A stretch of 64,000 bases of DNA from Trichoplax sp. H2 (Eukaryota). The notes below the pieces were generated by a model. That model made no database searches and had not been told where the DNA came from. It saw only the letters and a program-made list of their open reading frames with translations. Of the stretch, positions 39,504 through 52,606 are shown one piece after another. Positions within the stretch are counted from its first letter, which is position 1. Each line of letters begins with the position of its first letter. The stretch is taken from the NCBI GenBank assembly GCA_003344405.1, contig NOWV01000028.1, positions 434,001 to 498,000 of the forward strand, in the 5' to 3' direction. A program made the translations under genes and the position numbers.

Positions 39504-42500
39504 CTAATTTGACTTACTTAGCCTTGATTCATCCATACTAATATGTCCATTAGGCATTGGTGTACCTTCCGACATAGTGCGTCGTTTTACAGTCATATCA
39601 TCAGCATTATCCAAATCATCCGGATCTGTTAGCATGTTTTCAGCTAAAAATCTCTCCCTCTTAATCTTAATATCTAAACTCTTAGGTACATCTGGCACCA
39701 TAATTGCAATGAAAACTGATATTCCAAAAACAAGGTGCTAAAAGGTAAAGAATTAATTAATAACATGGCTACATTTAAAGCACTTTTAAAACATTAATAT
39801 TGAATGCTAAGAAAGTAAGAGGCAAAATTGGCAACATTAGCAATTTGCTGCTCTTTTTTAATGCATGCTCGATACTCAAATTCTAGTTGTATAATCTTAT
39901 AGCCTCAATATGAAGAGAATCTCCAATACTGATACTTTATCCATAAATCCATGTTGATTTTAATATCATGTCATTACCTCAAAAACAATCACAAATGCTA
40001 GCCTCATTGCTGTTAATTCCCAATAAAACAATGTTCTCTGGCCATCCTCGTTACGATAACCTTTATACCGGCAAGGTTCAGTCGTCGTGTTAGGCGGTGC
40101 ATGAGCTAGTGTAAAATTGATATAGCCTTCCAGACTTTCATTAATGGTGAATTTATATAACATCCTTGGAATAAACTCAGATGTGAAAGCGATGACGAAA
40201 GCCTAATGGATCAAAAATTTGACTTATCAATCCTTAATTATGACAACAATCACACCTTATTCATTGCTGGCTAAAGAATCATAAAATGTAATAATTAATG
40301 AACACTTTCTGACGAAAATTTCATAACTTTTACAATAGCTTACATTACAAATGACAGCGATTTTAGTTACTGCTTCTAAAATTGAATACCAAACACCTAT
40401 TGAAAGCAGAATCATAAACTTATTAAGTCTTTCATTGCCAATTACAGCAAGCAAAATCAACTTTACTTAATAGAATGGGCATCATACCTATGTCCTGAGC
40501 TTTTTCAGCTACTGGTCGTTTACTCTGTGTGATATATTTGTTAGCATCCAATCGAATTTCCACCCAGTTATTAAGAAGAGCAAAGAAAGGAGCCAAAGGG
40601 AATGATGCCACAAAAACAGTTACAAAACCAAATTGCAATACTATAGCAACAGTTGCCAATGCGATCGAGGAATATAAAATAACAAAATGACGAAATATTA
40701 TCCTAGGTTAGCTCTACTTCCGTTACTTTCGCCTTAATAATCGTTACGATTACGGAATGCAAATAGCAAAATACAAACATTACATCACCGATATTTCAAC
40801 GCTGTCAATTAATCAACCAATGGTATAAAATACTCAGATGAGAGTAAAAACTGACGACTTACTGCCTTTTTATTATAACAGGAATACATAAAGTAAAATT
40901 TTATAAACATGTATATCTTTTTATTTTTAATCTAAATGGCAGCAGGGCAAAATAGCTGACCCATCTCAAGGTATTCTTCAAATAGTGGCTCATCTTTTAA
41001 CAGTTCAAAGTCTGCAAGCCAACGTGTTTGAGCTGTACTCTCTTCAACTTCTTCCTTTTCTGCATTATTATCTTCATTTCCATCTACATCGTCCGGCGGA
41101 TATTCTCTCTCTTTCTCACGTTTAAGTTTTTCTTTTTTCTCCTTAGCTAATTGTCTCCTTATCTTGCGTTGGATAAGGTAATTTTTGAACATCCTACAGT
41201 TAAAAGCAAATCAGTTAATCTTTTTTGATTTATTAAAGAAACATAAGTAATTGTTGGAATTCTAATAGTTATACAGCACTCTACTGAAAGAATTGAATAA
41301 TCCATCTTTTTCTCGTAATATATAACTACTGTATTAGCAGCTCAATTCTAACGCTATACTGACGGTATAAACAGCTCCTTAGCGTTGCCAATGATTTGCT
41401 TTCCAACAGTTACAATAGCTAATTGAGTAGCTAATTCGACAAGACATCCAGTCGGTCCACACTATGTCATAAAATTTATTAAAATAAATCCGCTGATGAT
41501 ATAGCGATGACTACATTGGACTAGAGAAATATGATTTGCATTGCAAACTATCTGCTATAGGAAATGATTGTTTACATCAACAGGGCGCAATCCAAGAAAA
41601 TGATCATAATGGCCCGGGTATCCTATAAATCTGCAATAAAAGACATTAAATAGTTCGATTACGTAACTAGCTACTGGAAAAGCCCAGGGTAAAGATTGAC
41701 ATTTTTGTCATTCTAGTCCTACAGAAGTGAAGCGATATCAATGTAAGCAAAATAGAAAATTAGATTGCGAACGCATTCAGCGACAATATACCTTCCTTTA
41801 AAGAACGCTATATAAAAGATATAGGCGTAGAAGTTGACAAACTGAAAGCAAAATACTTTAAATGTTAAATGATCTTCAAATTCAGTCTGAGTTCGATGCA
41901 TTTCTAAAAGAGGAGCATACAATTTTTCCATTAACAGCATTTAATTACATCGATTGAAATGAACGTAAATCTGGAATGGATATAATAATTGTAACATCTT
42001 ATGGATCCGATTATTAAAACGAATACTATTACAAGTAAAATACTAGCTATTGAATTACCCCATTCTGTTAAGGTATGAGCCAACTTTGAATAGGTCTATA
42101 CACATCAGAAAGATAATATTGAACTTTTGTCGTAAGAATAATTAAAAATTTAGATAGAATATTTTTATCACTGTTATAGTATTATGACGGCTGATAAAGA
42201 ATGCTAGATTAAGATAGTTAAGATTAGACATAAAATTCTTATCACTGCTATAGTATTACAGTATAATGGCTAATAAAGAATACTAGACAAAGATAATTAA
42301 GATTATATAACATCCTGATCACTGTTAAAGTATAAAGATAACTGATAAAGAAAATTAAATAAAGATAATTAAGATTAGATATAAATTCCTTATCTGAGAC
42401 AAAGGGTAACATAATGTTTCGAAGAGATAAATTAAACGATTAACTTAAATAATAATTTCGGGAAAAAATTGATTTCAATCATCGTATTGCATTGATGTAA

Positions 42501-45500
42501 TAGGTTTACTATATAGTCTGTCCACTAACCCTACTCAACAGCATAATTAAAACCAAATTCAATATGCCACCGGTGAATCCAGAAATGGATGAGGCAGAAG
42601 AACGTAGACTCTTAGATCCATACATTACAATCGTTATAACCGTTCGATAAACGATAACACCAATCAGAAAAATGACAACTAGGCTTGCCTAAAATGGAAT
42701 TTTTATCATTACAAAATCAATTAGCGATTGATCGAAGAAAAGTAAAGCTCAGCCTATTCTCTGTAAACCTGAGAAAAGGTTCGTATAATCTTACCATAAC
42801 GAGAATTACAGAGAGACCTGTCAGGTAACGTGGAAGTCGCGTCGCCGGTGACATATATGGTTCCCACTGCCCTGTAATGGGATTTTGTCGTTTACTAGGA
42901 GCTAAAGCAGAGAATCTAGGTCTTGGTCGTTCCTATAGAGGATGATGATGCACAGAAATATATCATATCAAAATTCTTCCCTTTCATGAACTAGACCTAT
43001 GTTTCGAGTCGGAATACCATAATTCCATATCGTATGTTAATCACATACCTCTTCTGCTTCAAAATCCATAGTATCCCAGCGAAATGCCAATGTAGCTTCT
43101 TTCCTTTTCCAATATTCAAGAAAAGAAACCGCTATATGTATAACATATATGCAAATAAAATAGTTAGCAATCGTTTTAAGTGAAATGATATAAATAAAAT
43201 TGGAGCAAATTAGTACAGTACTTAAACTGCGTGCATTAGTATAATAAATATCACAACTTATCAAAAAATAACGTAGAATCGAAGAAAGGACGTTAAAGTA
43301 TTGCTCAAATTAAAAAAGGGCACACAGTGTTAACAATAACTATGGTAGAATAGTGATCATTAAGGATTGCTCATTTTAAAGAACTCCATTTATTCTTTTA
43401 GTAATATGAAACTGGCGAATCTATTTGATCGTATTTAGTGTTTAAAGACTATCAAAACCTATCCTTATCCTTTAATTTAAATACAAATTCGATTAATAAT
43501 ACTAAATAATGATAATCTCAATAAGATGAAGATTATAATATGGTTGATCAATATGCGATAGCATCTCAAATCAATTATAAATTCCCCATGACCCTGTACG
43601 TTTATGGTAACAATAATGTGAATCATATCCGAAGAACTTAATAGATAAGGGAATAACTATAAGATAATTCAACTATAATTCAACTATGATCCAAAATCAA
43701 AAATTCAAGTGTAAGCACTCTGATTTGGATTACAAACGCTTTAAACTGATATCCGCTAACTTCTATAGTCATCAATAATTCATTCAATAAGAAATTTGTA
43801 AAAATATTATTAAAGTAATACATCAACATATTCCATAAAATAACACTAAAAAGAGGCTTACCCCAGAAGCACATAAAAATTGAAAAAAACACCGTCCCAG
43901 GATTATCAAATGCATACGAAACCTAGCAGTGAAAAGAGTGTTCAAGAAAATCAGTAAAACTTTTCTTATTATTATGTCATGTAAATCAAAATTTAAGCAA
44001 TGACGTAGCTGAAAGGTAGAATATCGAGATGATAGCTTACTGTAGCTGAAAAGCAATCATCAGATAAATAGTAGTATTCGCATCCAATGCTTGGTGAACA
44101 AATGGGACACATTTTAATAGTCTTACCACCTTCGCAAACTTGGGCACTAAGCCATGGTGGTAATAACAAGAAATTAATCAACAAAGATGTGTAAATTTCT
44201 AGTTATATGATATTCTTTAATTAATCAATAATAAAGTTTGTAAATATAAGATAAAATGTCCTCTGTAAGTTATCGCATCTTAATGTAACAATGGGGTCAA
44301 TTGTTTAATTAAATCCTAGACGTTTATTTTGTAGTATCCAAGATAGAGAATAACACCACAGTTCATTAATTTTAATCATGATTTAACCTCATTTAGAGGT
44401 AGATATTGACTGACTGTCAATTATTTTGCGATACGCAATATTATGTGCATACTATCACTTGAGAAGGATCAATTGCAATCGATTCGTAGATAAAGTAAAT
44501 TTTAGTACTTCGTGGTTAGAAATTATAGAACATTTTCTATTCCTGTGAGGCTAAGCAGAGTATTTTAAACTGATTAACTTACGCGACAGGGTTAGAACCC
44601 ATACTTAATATACCAATCATGAAAATTATAAAACCAACTATAGCAGCAGGTAATAGCCAAGAAGTATAAAAACCTTAGCAAAAGCACAGGACAGATATTA
44701 AAAATGATTGAGGTTCATCATGACGGAAAGTTATAATATACATCGATACATAGTTTATCTAACGTAAGGGCGCAAGAACGATAGCGGTTGAATAAAAATC
44801 TTGTACTTTTTAAATTACCTAGCCAAGAAAAATAAATGCCAATTTTCTCGCCGAAATATAAACTATAAAGAAATAAAGGTGAGGAAGTTATAGCGGTTGA
44901 ATTGCAGATATACACTGCATAAATAATGCATTAATAGTCAGCTCAACTGATACAATTAATTACTGATTTAATCTAGATAAATTCTCACCGAATAACTTCG
45001 ATAGGTTGATACTTATACCATGCTGTCCATCTGGCCCAATGTAGGTATAACATCTAAATAAAATACGTAAACGTATTAGCCAGTGATAAAGACTACAAGG
45101 AGTCAAAATGTCGAAATTAATAATGGAGATGTCCAAGGTAGATTTCTTAATCCTATAAATGCCATACCTGGCGAGTATTCATATAATCATCTGGAGGTAC
45201 TGGATCACCATTACCTACTTCATCCATTAGTGTATTAGAATAAGGTCCCTATAATTTGATGTACAAGGTACTTTTATATTATGCAAACTATATAAATTTG
45301 TAAGTCAATAATTTTAAGGTAAGCTGATTAAATATAATTTAAGGAGAATGTTAAATAACTACAAATACGACATACATCATGCAGAGGATAAGCTTCATGA
45401 AATGCCTTTTCTTCTATTAATCGATCAATGCCTACCAAAGCAGTGTTCAAAATTAGCCATGGATATTGGTAGTAATAATATTTGGTTAAGTAACAGATAA

Positions 45501-48500
45501 ATAAATGTGTTTCAAGATAAAATGATACTCCAATACACGGAATTTAATTCTAAGCTGCAAGGCACTGCTCATCACGCAAGCATCAGTATCAATTGTTCAA
45601 GTAATTTCTGTTAAGAATTCTTAGATAAGTAATTTTACTGAACTATTGCATGGTCTTGATTTAGTTGAGCTAAAATATTTATTTATAAAAGTCAATTTCA
45701 ACAACAGAAATTTGTTGATGAAATCAGTAAGCAGGAATTATACGTTATTTTACATATCTACGTATGTGGTCTTAAATTCTGGACTGCAAAGCACTACTCT
45801 ATAATGCAAACATCAGTATGAATTATTGGAATAGTTTCTGCAAAGAACTCGTAAAAATGTAATTTTTTTGAACTATTATATAGTCTTGAATTAGTTGAAC
45901 TAGATGGCTATATATAAAGATTAATATAAATATCAGAGATTTGTTGATGGGATCAGTGAACAAAAGGTATGCGTTGTTTACATGCCCAAATATAACAGTC
46001 TTACCCACTTCGCCTGCTCTCCTATCGCCATACAAAGTATTGGATAAAATATAGTTAGCCTAAGTGCGGATGAATGTTTTATATTTTTAATGAAGACATT
46101 GACCACAAATGAGATATTGGATTATAGCTATAAAGATGTGATCCATGGATATAACTACTTCTTTATGAGTTAGTTAATTCTATACTCATATATTAACATA
46201 GTTATTATCTATACAGTTCAGCTAAAAAATTGATCTGCCCTAGCTTTGTATAGCGGTTAAAGGTCATTAAATTATCAGCCTTAGCTAATGCAGGCATGAA
46301 AAATGATTAATAAATGTCATTCAGCTGTTATAACATTTCTGCTTTACTTATAATAATATGATTACCTATTATATTTTTTAGTCAACGTTGGTATAAATAA
46401 TTACTGATAACGATTGATCGACTAATAATACAGCATTTCTACTGTACATTACTTCCTAGAGTTATAGGATTGCTGCTCATAACTGAAAATAACAATTTCT
46501 AATGTATACTAAATCCACTCATTAGTATCGATAGCTTAATACATTGCAGAATGTCTTTACTCTTTCGTTAACCACGCGATATTCAAATTTTAAAGAAAAG
46601 TAGGTTCGATTACTAGCCTTTATTAGTCTAACTAAAAGCATATAAAGACGCCAAGTGCTAAGTAATTTTGACTATCAAGACTCATGCTAAAATGTTATAT
46701 TCTGTTTGAACTTCGGGTACTTTATTAATAATATAATTGCTATAGATCATTGCCTACCAAGCGACTTCGTTCTGCTGAGCTGAAAAACGACTCTAAATCT
46801 TCAGAGCCAACATATCTATGAAGAAAATTGAGCAGAAAATTTATTTCGATGAACTATAACTACAGTTATAGCGCATATCAAATTCGATATTATTTAAGTT
46901 TTTGTTCAATTTAGCATAGGATAAATCACTTGTCAATTGAATAATGTAATTTACTTGTCTAATTTTGTCCTATCGTATGGGGCTGTAATAAATCGGTTAG
47001 GCTTCCATGGAATTTTTGATGACATAATATTGGGTATCCGAAATTTATGTAACCAGTAAGCCGACCAGCAATCATTTGATGATTCATCGATCTATTCATT
47101 GATAAAAGCAATTTTATGATCAAAATATCAAATCATTCCTTTCCTAAGAAGAATTAGCAGTTAATATTGTCGAGAAAATCTCCAATATGGCTTCAAATCT
47201 ATATATGCAATCATCAAACATACCAATAATCTAGCTCTTGATAGTAAATCTTCTGCATATTGTGAAACTACAGCCCATGGTAGATGAACTTTAACGAAAT
47301 GATATTTAACTGTTTCTGTCTCGTTGACCGACTAATGAGGAAAGAATCAACCACATCGAGAAAACCAAGTAAATTTATAGAACTAGCCAATGCCATTATT
47401 ATTCAGTATTTCATTAATTGAGTAAAATTATACTATTATGTAGCCTTTTCTTAATTCCCTGTATCCGTGTTAATATTTATAATTATACACTACCTTTTCT
47501 AATTCAATACCAATATTTTGTATTGCCTTCTCGAAATCTTTCCGTCGACGGGCATTCCTTTTATCAATTGCTGCTCCAACTTTTTCCTCATACATCAAGA
47601 TATAATCTAGGTAGTATCCAATTACAAAATTACATTCAGTTTGTACAAGCTAATTACTTGCGCTGCTAGTAAATATTGCACAGTCTTTGACTAAAATTTG
47701 ATATAACTATTTAAGAGATGAACAAATTGAGCACTCGATGAATACATTGTGTTGTAACCATGCAATTTAACAAGTGTCTAAATGGTATTCTTATTAAAAG
47801 ACAACTCAAGTGAGTTTAATCCTATCTCTTCTACAATACTTAAGGCTCATAAGCGATTATCTTACGCCTATGTAAAACTAAAGATTTACAAATATGAGCA
47901 GAAGTCCATTAAATTATGTAGATCGGATCTACGCCATGTCGTAGAATTAATAGCCTTGTAAATTGAATAGAGTATATTTAATACTACAGTATATTCTTGA
48001 TAGCAAGCAGTCAAACCAAGATTTTTACATTTTAAAGTAGATTAAATATTTTAATATGCATAAATTCAGTGAATTATAGCAAATTTACGTCGCAAAATTG
48101 ACTCAATACGCGTATTTGCTACTAGGTAGTGTACTAAATCTCATATTCTCAATCCTGGAAAGTCGAATCGATTCGCCACAGTTTATAGAGTACGATTAAT
48201 CATTTTGTGATACTAAGTTGTGCGGACTACCCTTAAAATGTATTAGAAGACTAAACTTATAAATAAAATTATTTCAGTCTAATAATTTTAATTCTTAGCA
48301 ATTAAATCTAGCCGGCTCAGATTCTATCGATACGAGCTACATTACCTATTTTCCGAACACCATCATCGAAATATAACGTAGGATGCTGATAATTATATTC
48401 GTTATATCGGTATGCAGATATTTCCAAATTTTGCCTCTAGCATTAATAACATAAAATGAAGGTATCCTCGTAAGCTACAGATATGATTACATTTTATCCA

Positions 48501-50304
48501 TCATTTCTTCAATTTCAATTCTGTAAATAGTAATATCTACTTAAACATCAGTTTACCCATATACAGCGTAAAGTTAGTATTAATTAGTTCATGCAATACT
48601 AGTACTCGATTATGCATATGCTTGAAACAAATGTGCTAAAAGTCAGTAAGTCTGAGCCATAATAAAGAGTATCATTGAGGGTATAGACTATAATCCGCGT
48701 GTAAAGTTTTTACATCGATTTTTTTCCGAAATTTGGCATCTATCAATCTATCGAACCCCATCGATCAGTATTTTATACATATAGGCTAGTAAAATAGTCA
48801 TTGATGGATAATTATAATTTACTTCCTATTGACGTATTGCTTACTATTTCTGCAAACAGCAATCATTATTAAAGGCAAGCAGCGTTAGAATTAGATTAAG
48901 AAAGAGGATCATGGCAAAATTGATTAAAACTACCGTATGTTTTAAAAAAGACTTGAAATTGTATCAAAGAGCAGTATAAGGTAATGAAATTATGAAAGAA
49001 ATTAAATAATGGATATTTCAGAAAGGATTCAAATCGGGCCAATGCTTAGAGGGATGAAATAGTATCGGAATAAATGTTAAATACTGAAAGAATTTTAAAT
49101 GACAGTAGACCAAGCTGGCTTTAATTCTTGAGGAGAGTCAGATTAAATTGTATGTATGTAAAGGATCAAATTGTGATAAGGTTAATTACTGTATTCGCTA
49201 TACGAATGGAAGAATTAAGGGATTTGAATATATAAACTAACCGGAAGCTTGTTCTTTCTGATATTCAAGTATAGCATATGCACTAATGTTGTACAATGAA
49301 TGGTTGATTTTTCATTTGCTTACTTGGAAATTGTATGTTAATGTATTAATAATTATTAGCTGCGGTATTTAAATTATGAGCTAACAGTAAATTGATCCTG
49401 ATTGTAAAGGACTGTAATTGAATATATTCTCGTTTAAATACTCTCTCCATCGAGCAGTTTTATGGTGTGTTATGAAAGCCTTCTTCGAATTTAATGGCTT
49501 AAAAATAAGATAATTAAATGTATGATAATAACGGGGATTATTATTTCATTTCCAATGTGTGTGTGAATGAAACTATTTGCGTTGTTTAAGAATCTAATCA
49601 AATAGCTACAATGCTATAAGTTCAGCATTATAACAAATTGTTTTTGATAAAAAATGAATCATGAATTATAAGGATTTCTTGGTATTATAGAACAGACATA
49701 TCACCAACCTAAGGATGGATACTTACAAACTAGTATGGGGTGATAGAAATTATTTCAATTCTTAAAGTAAGAATAAACGAAAAGTAAATTCGATTATCTC
49801 AGTTTTGCTTTCAAATTTTATCAAATTGAAGGGGATAAAAATATCAGAGATCATGGTAGAAATAACTGGATAAACAAAAACCTTTGAAATAACTGTTTTG
49901 CGGAAGCCAGAATCAATGATAAATAATTTTAAAAATAAGGATTTAAATGGACAAAATTATTCAATGTAAAGTATACGAGGAGTATTATCAGGATTTCCGG
50001 GTAAAATTCTGATTAACTTGAGCCATAAATATATGATTTTTCCTTAATGGTTATAGGATAAAGTAGAATCGAAAGATCCTATATCATCATCGTTCAGTAT
50101 ATGCCTTAAATTAAATCAATGAAAAACGATTACAACTACCATTTCTAATTCAGTTTGTTGCTTTTCATTCTCTTCTTGGGCATGGTGATGGATATCTTCA
50201 TCATCTTCTTCATGTTCACCTTGATCTAATAGCTGCATCGTTCCATAATCAGATTTGTCGTTGGCATTTGGGTTATTGTTTTTCTTCTTATTAAAAATTC
50301 CCAT
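39504..50304 (-). CDS. Anoctamin / TMEM16 Ca2+-activated channel or scramblase, paralogue A (ANO7-like), about 26 or more exons
   Basis: Spliced exons give [161 protein letters not shown] and VPDVP. The Ca2+-ligand Glu/Asp/Asn positions look intact. N-terminal exon structure is uncertain. Confidence 0.93.
42155..42395. repeat. Intronic minisatellite, about 3 units of 70-80 bp
   Basis: atcactg(t/c)ta(t/a)agtat...ctgataaagaa...aagata(g/a)ttaagatta repeated three times. Confidence 0.8.
45600..45990. repeat. Degenerate intronic duplication, period about 230 bp
   Basis: gtcttga.ttagttga.cta...caga.atttgttgatg..atcagt.a.ca at about 45653 and 45883. Confidence 0.7.
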
Positions 50305-51599
50305 CTTGATTAAGTAAACTTTGCTGGCTTATCAGGACTAGAGGAATAAAATCTTTCTTGAATAAGTATTCTTCTATGCCTATAGAGTATCGTAAAATTG
50401 GACAAGATATCGATCGAATTGACCAAACTACTTGTATAAATACAGCTCTGCTCTTTGTAGTAAAGCTATTTTTGAATACAATTTAAAAAAGAAGCCACCT
50501 GAATAGTAATAACGGCAGTAATTCTGAAGTTGTAATCAAGTTCTATCTAGGTTCAAAGGCAGTTGCGATAGCAAACAATATGAAAATGCTGTAACAAACG
50601 CAATTAATGGACTATTTATAATATTATTAACCAATAGCCACCGATAATGCCTCAGAATTCTAAACTCTTAGATCACAACGGGTAAAAAGAACTATTTTCT
50701 CAGGTATTGTATATAGACTAAATATGCTTAAGTTGAAATATTAGTAGAATATGGTTGGTAAATTCTCAATTTAGCAATAAATCAATATTATAACGAAAAG
50801 AGAGCTTGACCATATGGTTACCGTTTTGCTTCCAATACTCATAATCATCAGTTTTTTACGTAATTGCATTAACGAATCAATTAATCGACATGAATAGTCA
50901 TCGCCAACCAATCGATCATGGATATGATGATTACGTAAATAAACTACCAGTGATGGAAATGAGGTCAAGGAAGCAATTTTTTACAGTTAAAATGCTACTT
51001 AAAGATTCTTGTATTTCTTACTAGAAGAAAAGAATAGCGAGTTATGATTGTTGTTGTTTTAGATGTGGATGCCTATATGTAATTAAATTACTTCTTTGGA
51101 AAGTGTAATTTATCTCTTATTCTATTGGAATATCATGACTTTTATTTTTACCTAGACTCATTCCTTGCTATATCTTTTCTATTTAAAGAATAAATTAGAA
51201 ATCAGATTAAATTCGATATTTCGACTAAAGTCAATAGGCATCAAATCTAATGATGTATATTATGTCAAGTATACAATTTCTAATTATCTAATTTTTATTA
51301 CTGTCATAAATTGCAAGGCTGTGAAATGGTAGACTAACTGTTGGTAACTTCATAGCATCTAGTCATTTTAGATGGATAAATTAGCTTCTATAGGATTGTA
51401 GTGTAGGTCCAAATTAGCTTAAGATTAAAATTATACGATTATAGGAAAATAGATAAATTGAACGTTTAATTGTAAAATATTGATAATAGAAAATCCTTCC
51501 ATTTACAGGTATAAGCTTGATAGTTGTTATATATCATATGTGGTATAGTCTATTTTTAACGTATAGTAAATCAATTTCTCGGCCCTTATAGTGATAAAC

Positions 51600-52030
51600 T
51601 ATAAGCCATAACGATGTAGAAAGAGGCAAATGATTGTAAGCAGTGACGAGGACTTAGAAGCAATAAAAGCAACTGAGCACGATAATCTAAATTTTCGTAG
51701 AGGATTGTCTATATCAATACCAGATTTTCTACTTTTATATAAGTATTCCAGCATGCGACAATAGCATAGAAGCCATTTATAAAATGGCAAATGATTGTAA
51801 GCAGAGACAAATGAATATAATTATAAACATCCAAAATAACCAAGCACTATAATCCAGATCTATATTACTGTCTATATCCATACTAGAGTCCCTAATTTTA
51901 TACGAGTAAGTATACTATCTTGTCAGCAGCATGGAAGCCATCATGATGTAGAAAGTGGCAAAAGATGGTAAGTAGTGACAAGGAATTGAAAGTATTAAAA
52001 CAACCGAGTTCGATAATTAATACACAATCT
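51600..52030. repeat. Degenerate tandem repeat, about 3 units of 166 bp
   Basis: aagccat...ggcaaatgattgtaagcag at about 51603 and 51770, with a more diverged copy at about 51934. Confidence 0.75.
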
Positions 52031-52606
52031 AGATATACAATAAAGTCTATATCTGTGATGGAGGGTTCGAAGAGTCAGATAATGTAGTTTTATTTGCCAT
52101 GCAGAGAATTGCACAAGGAGCTTAAGAAAAGAGGATACTTTATTGTAAATAGTAGCTAGGTACAATGTGATAATTACGGAAGATCATCGTGGTAGCTGCC
52201 GTGAGTAAAGTGTGAATACTAACCGTGACTAATAATGCAACTTAAGAAATCTAAGGTAGAAAAAGGCGGTATTTATAGCTATGGCATTAGAACACATGCA
52301 GAAAACATGATTGTAGGATTAGATACAACATATACCATTACAGATTATAGAATAGCAGATAATTGTAGAAAATAGCGAGGACTGTAATAACTAAATGTAG
52401 TAAGCCATATTTGAATGTAGAGCGAACAGACTGTAAATGTGTCTGTATTTAATAGCAATACAAAATGTCTATATTTAAGAGTAGATTACAGTTACAGTTC
52501 AATCCAAATACAGGTCTATCAATAACAGAGTCTCTACTCTGATGAGTATACTATCTTCAGATAGTAGCACAGTCTAATCTTAAAAGGCAATAGTTAACTT
52601 TAGCCA

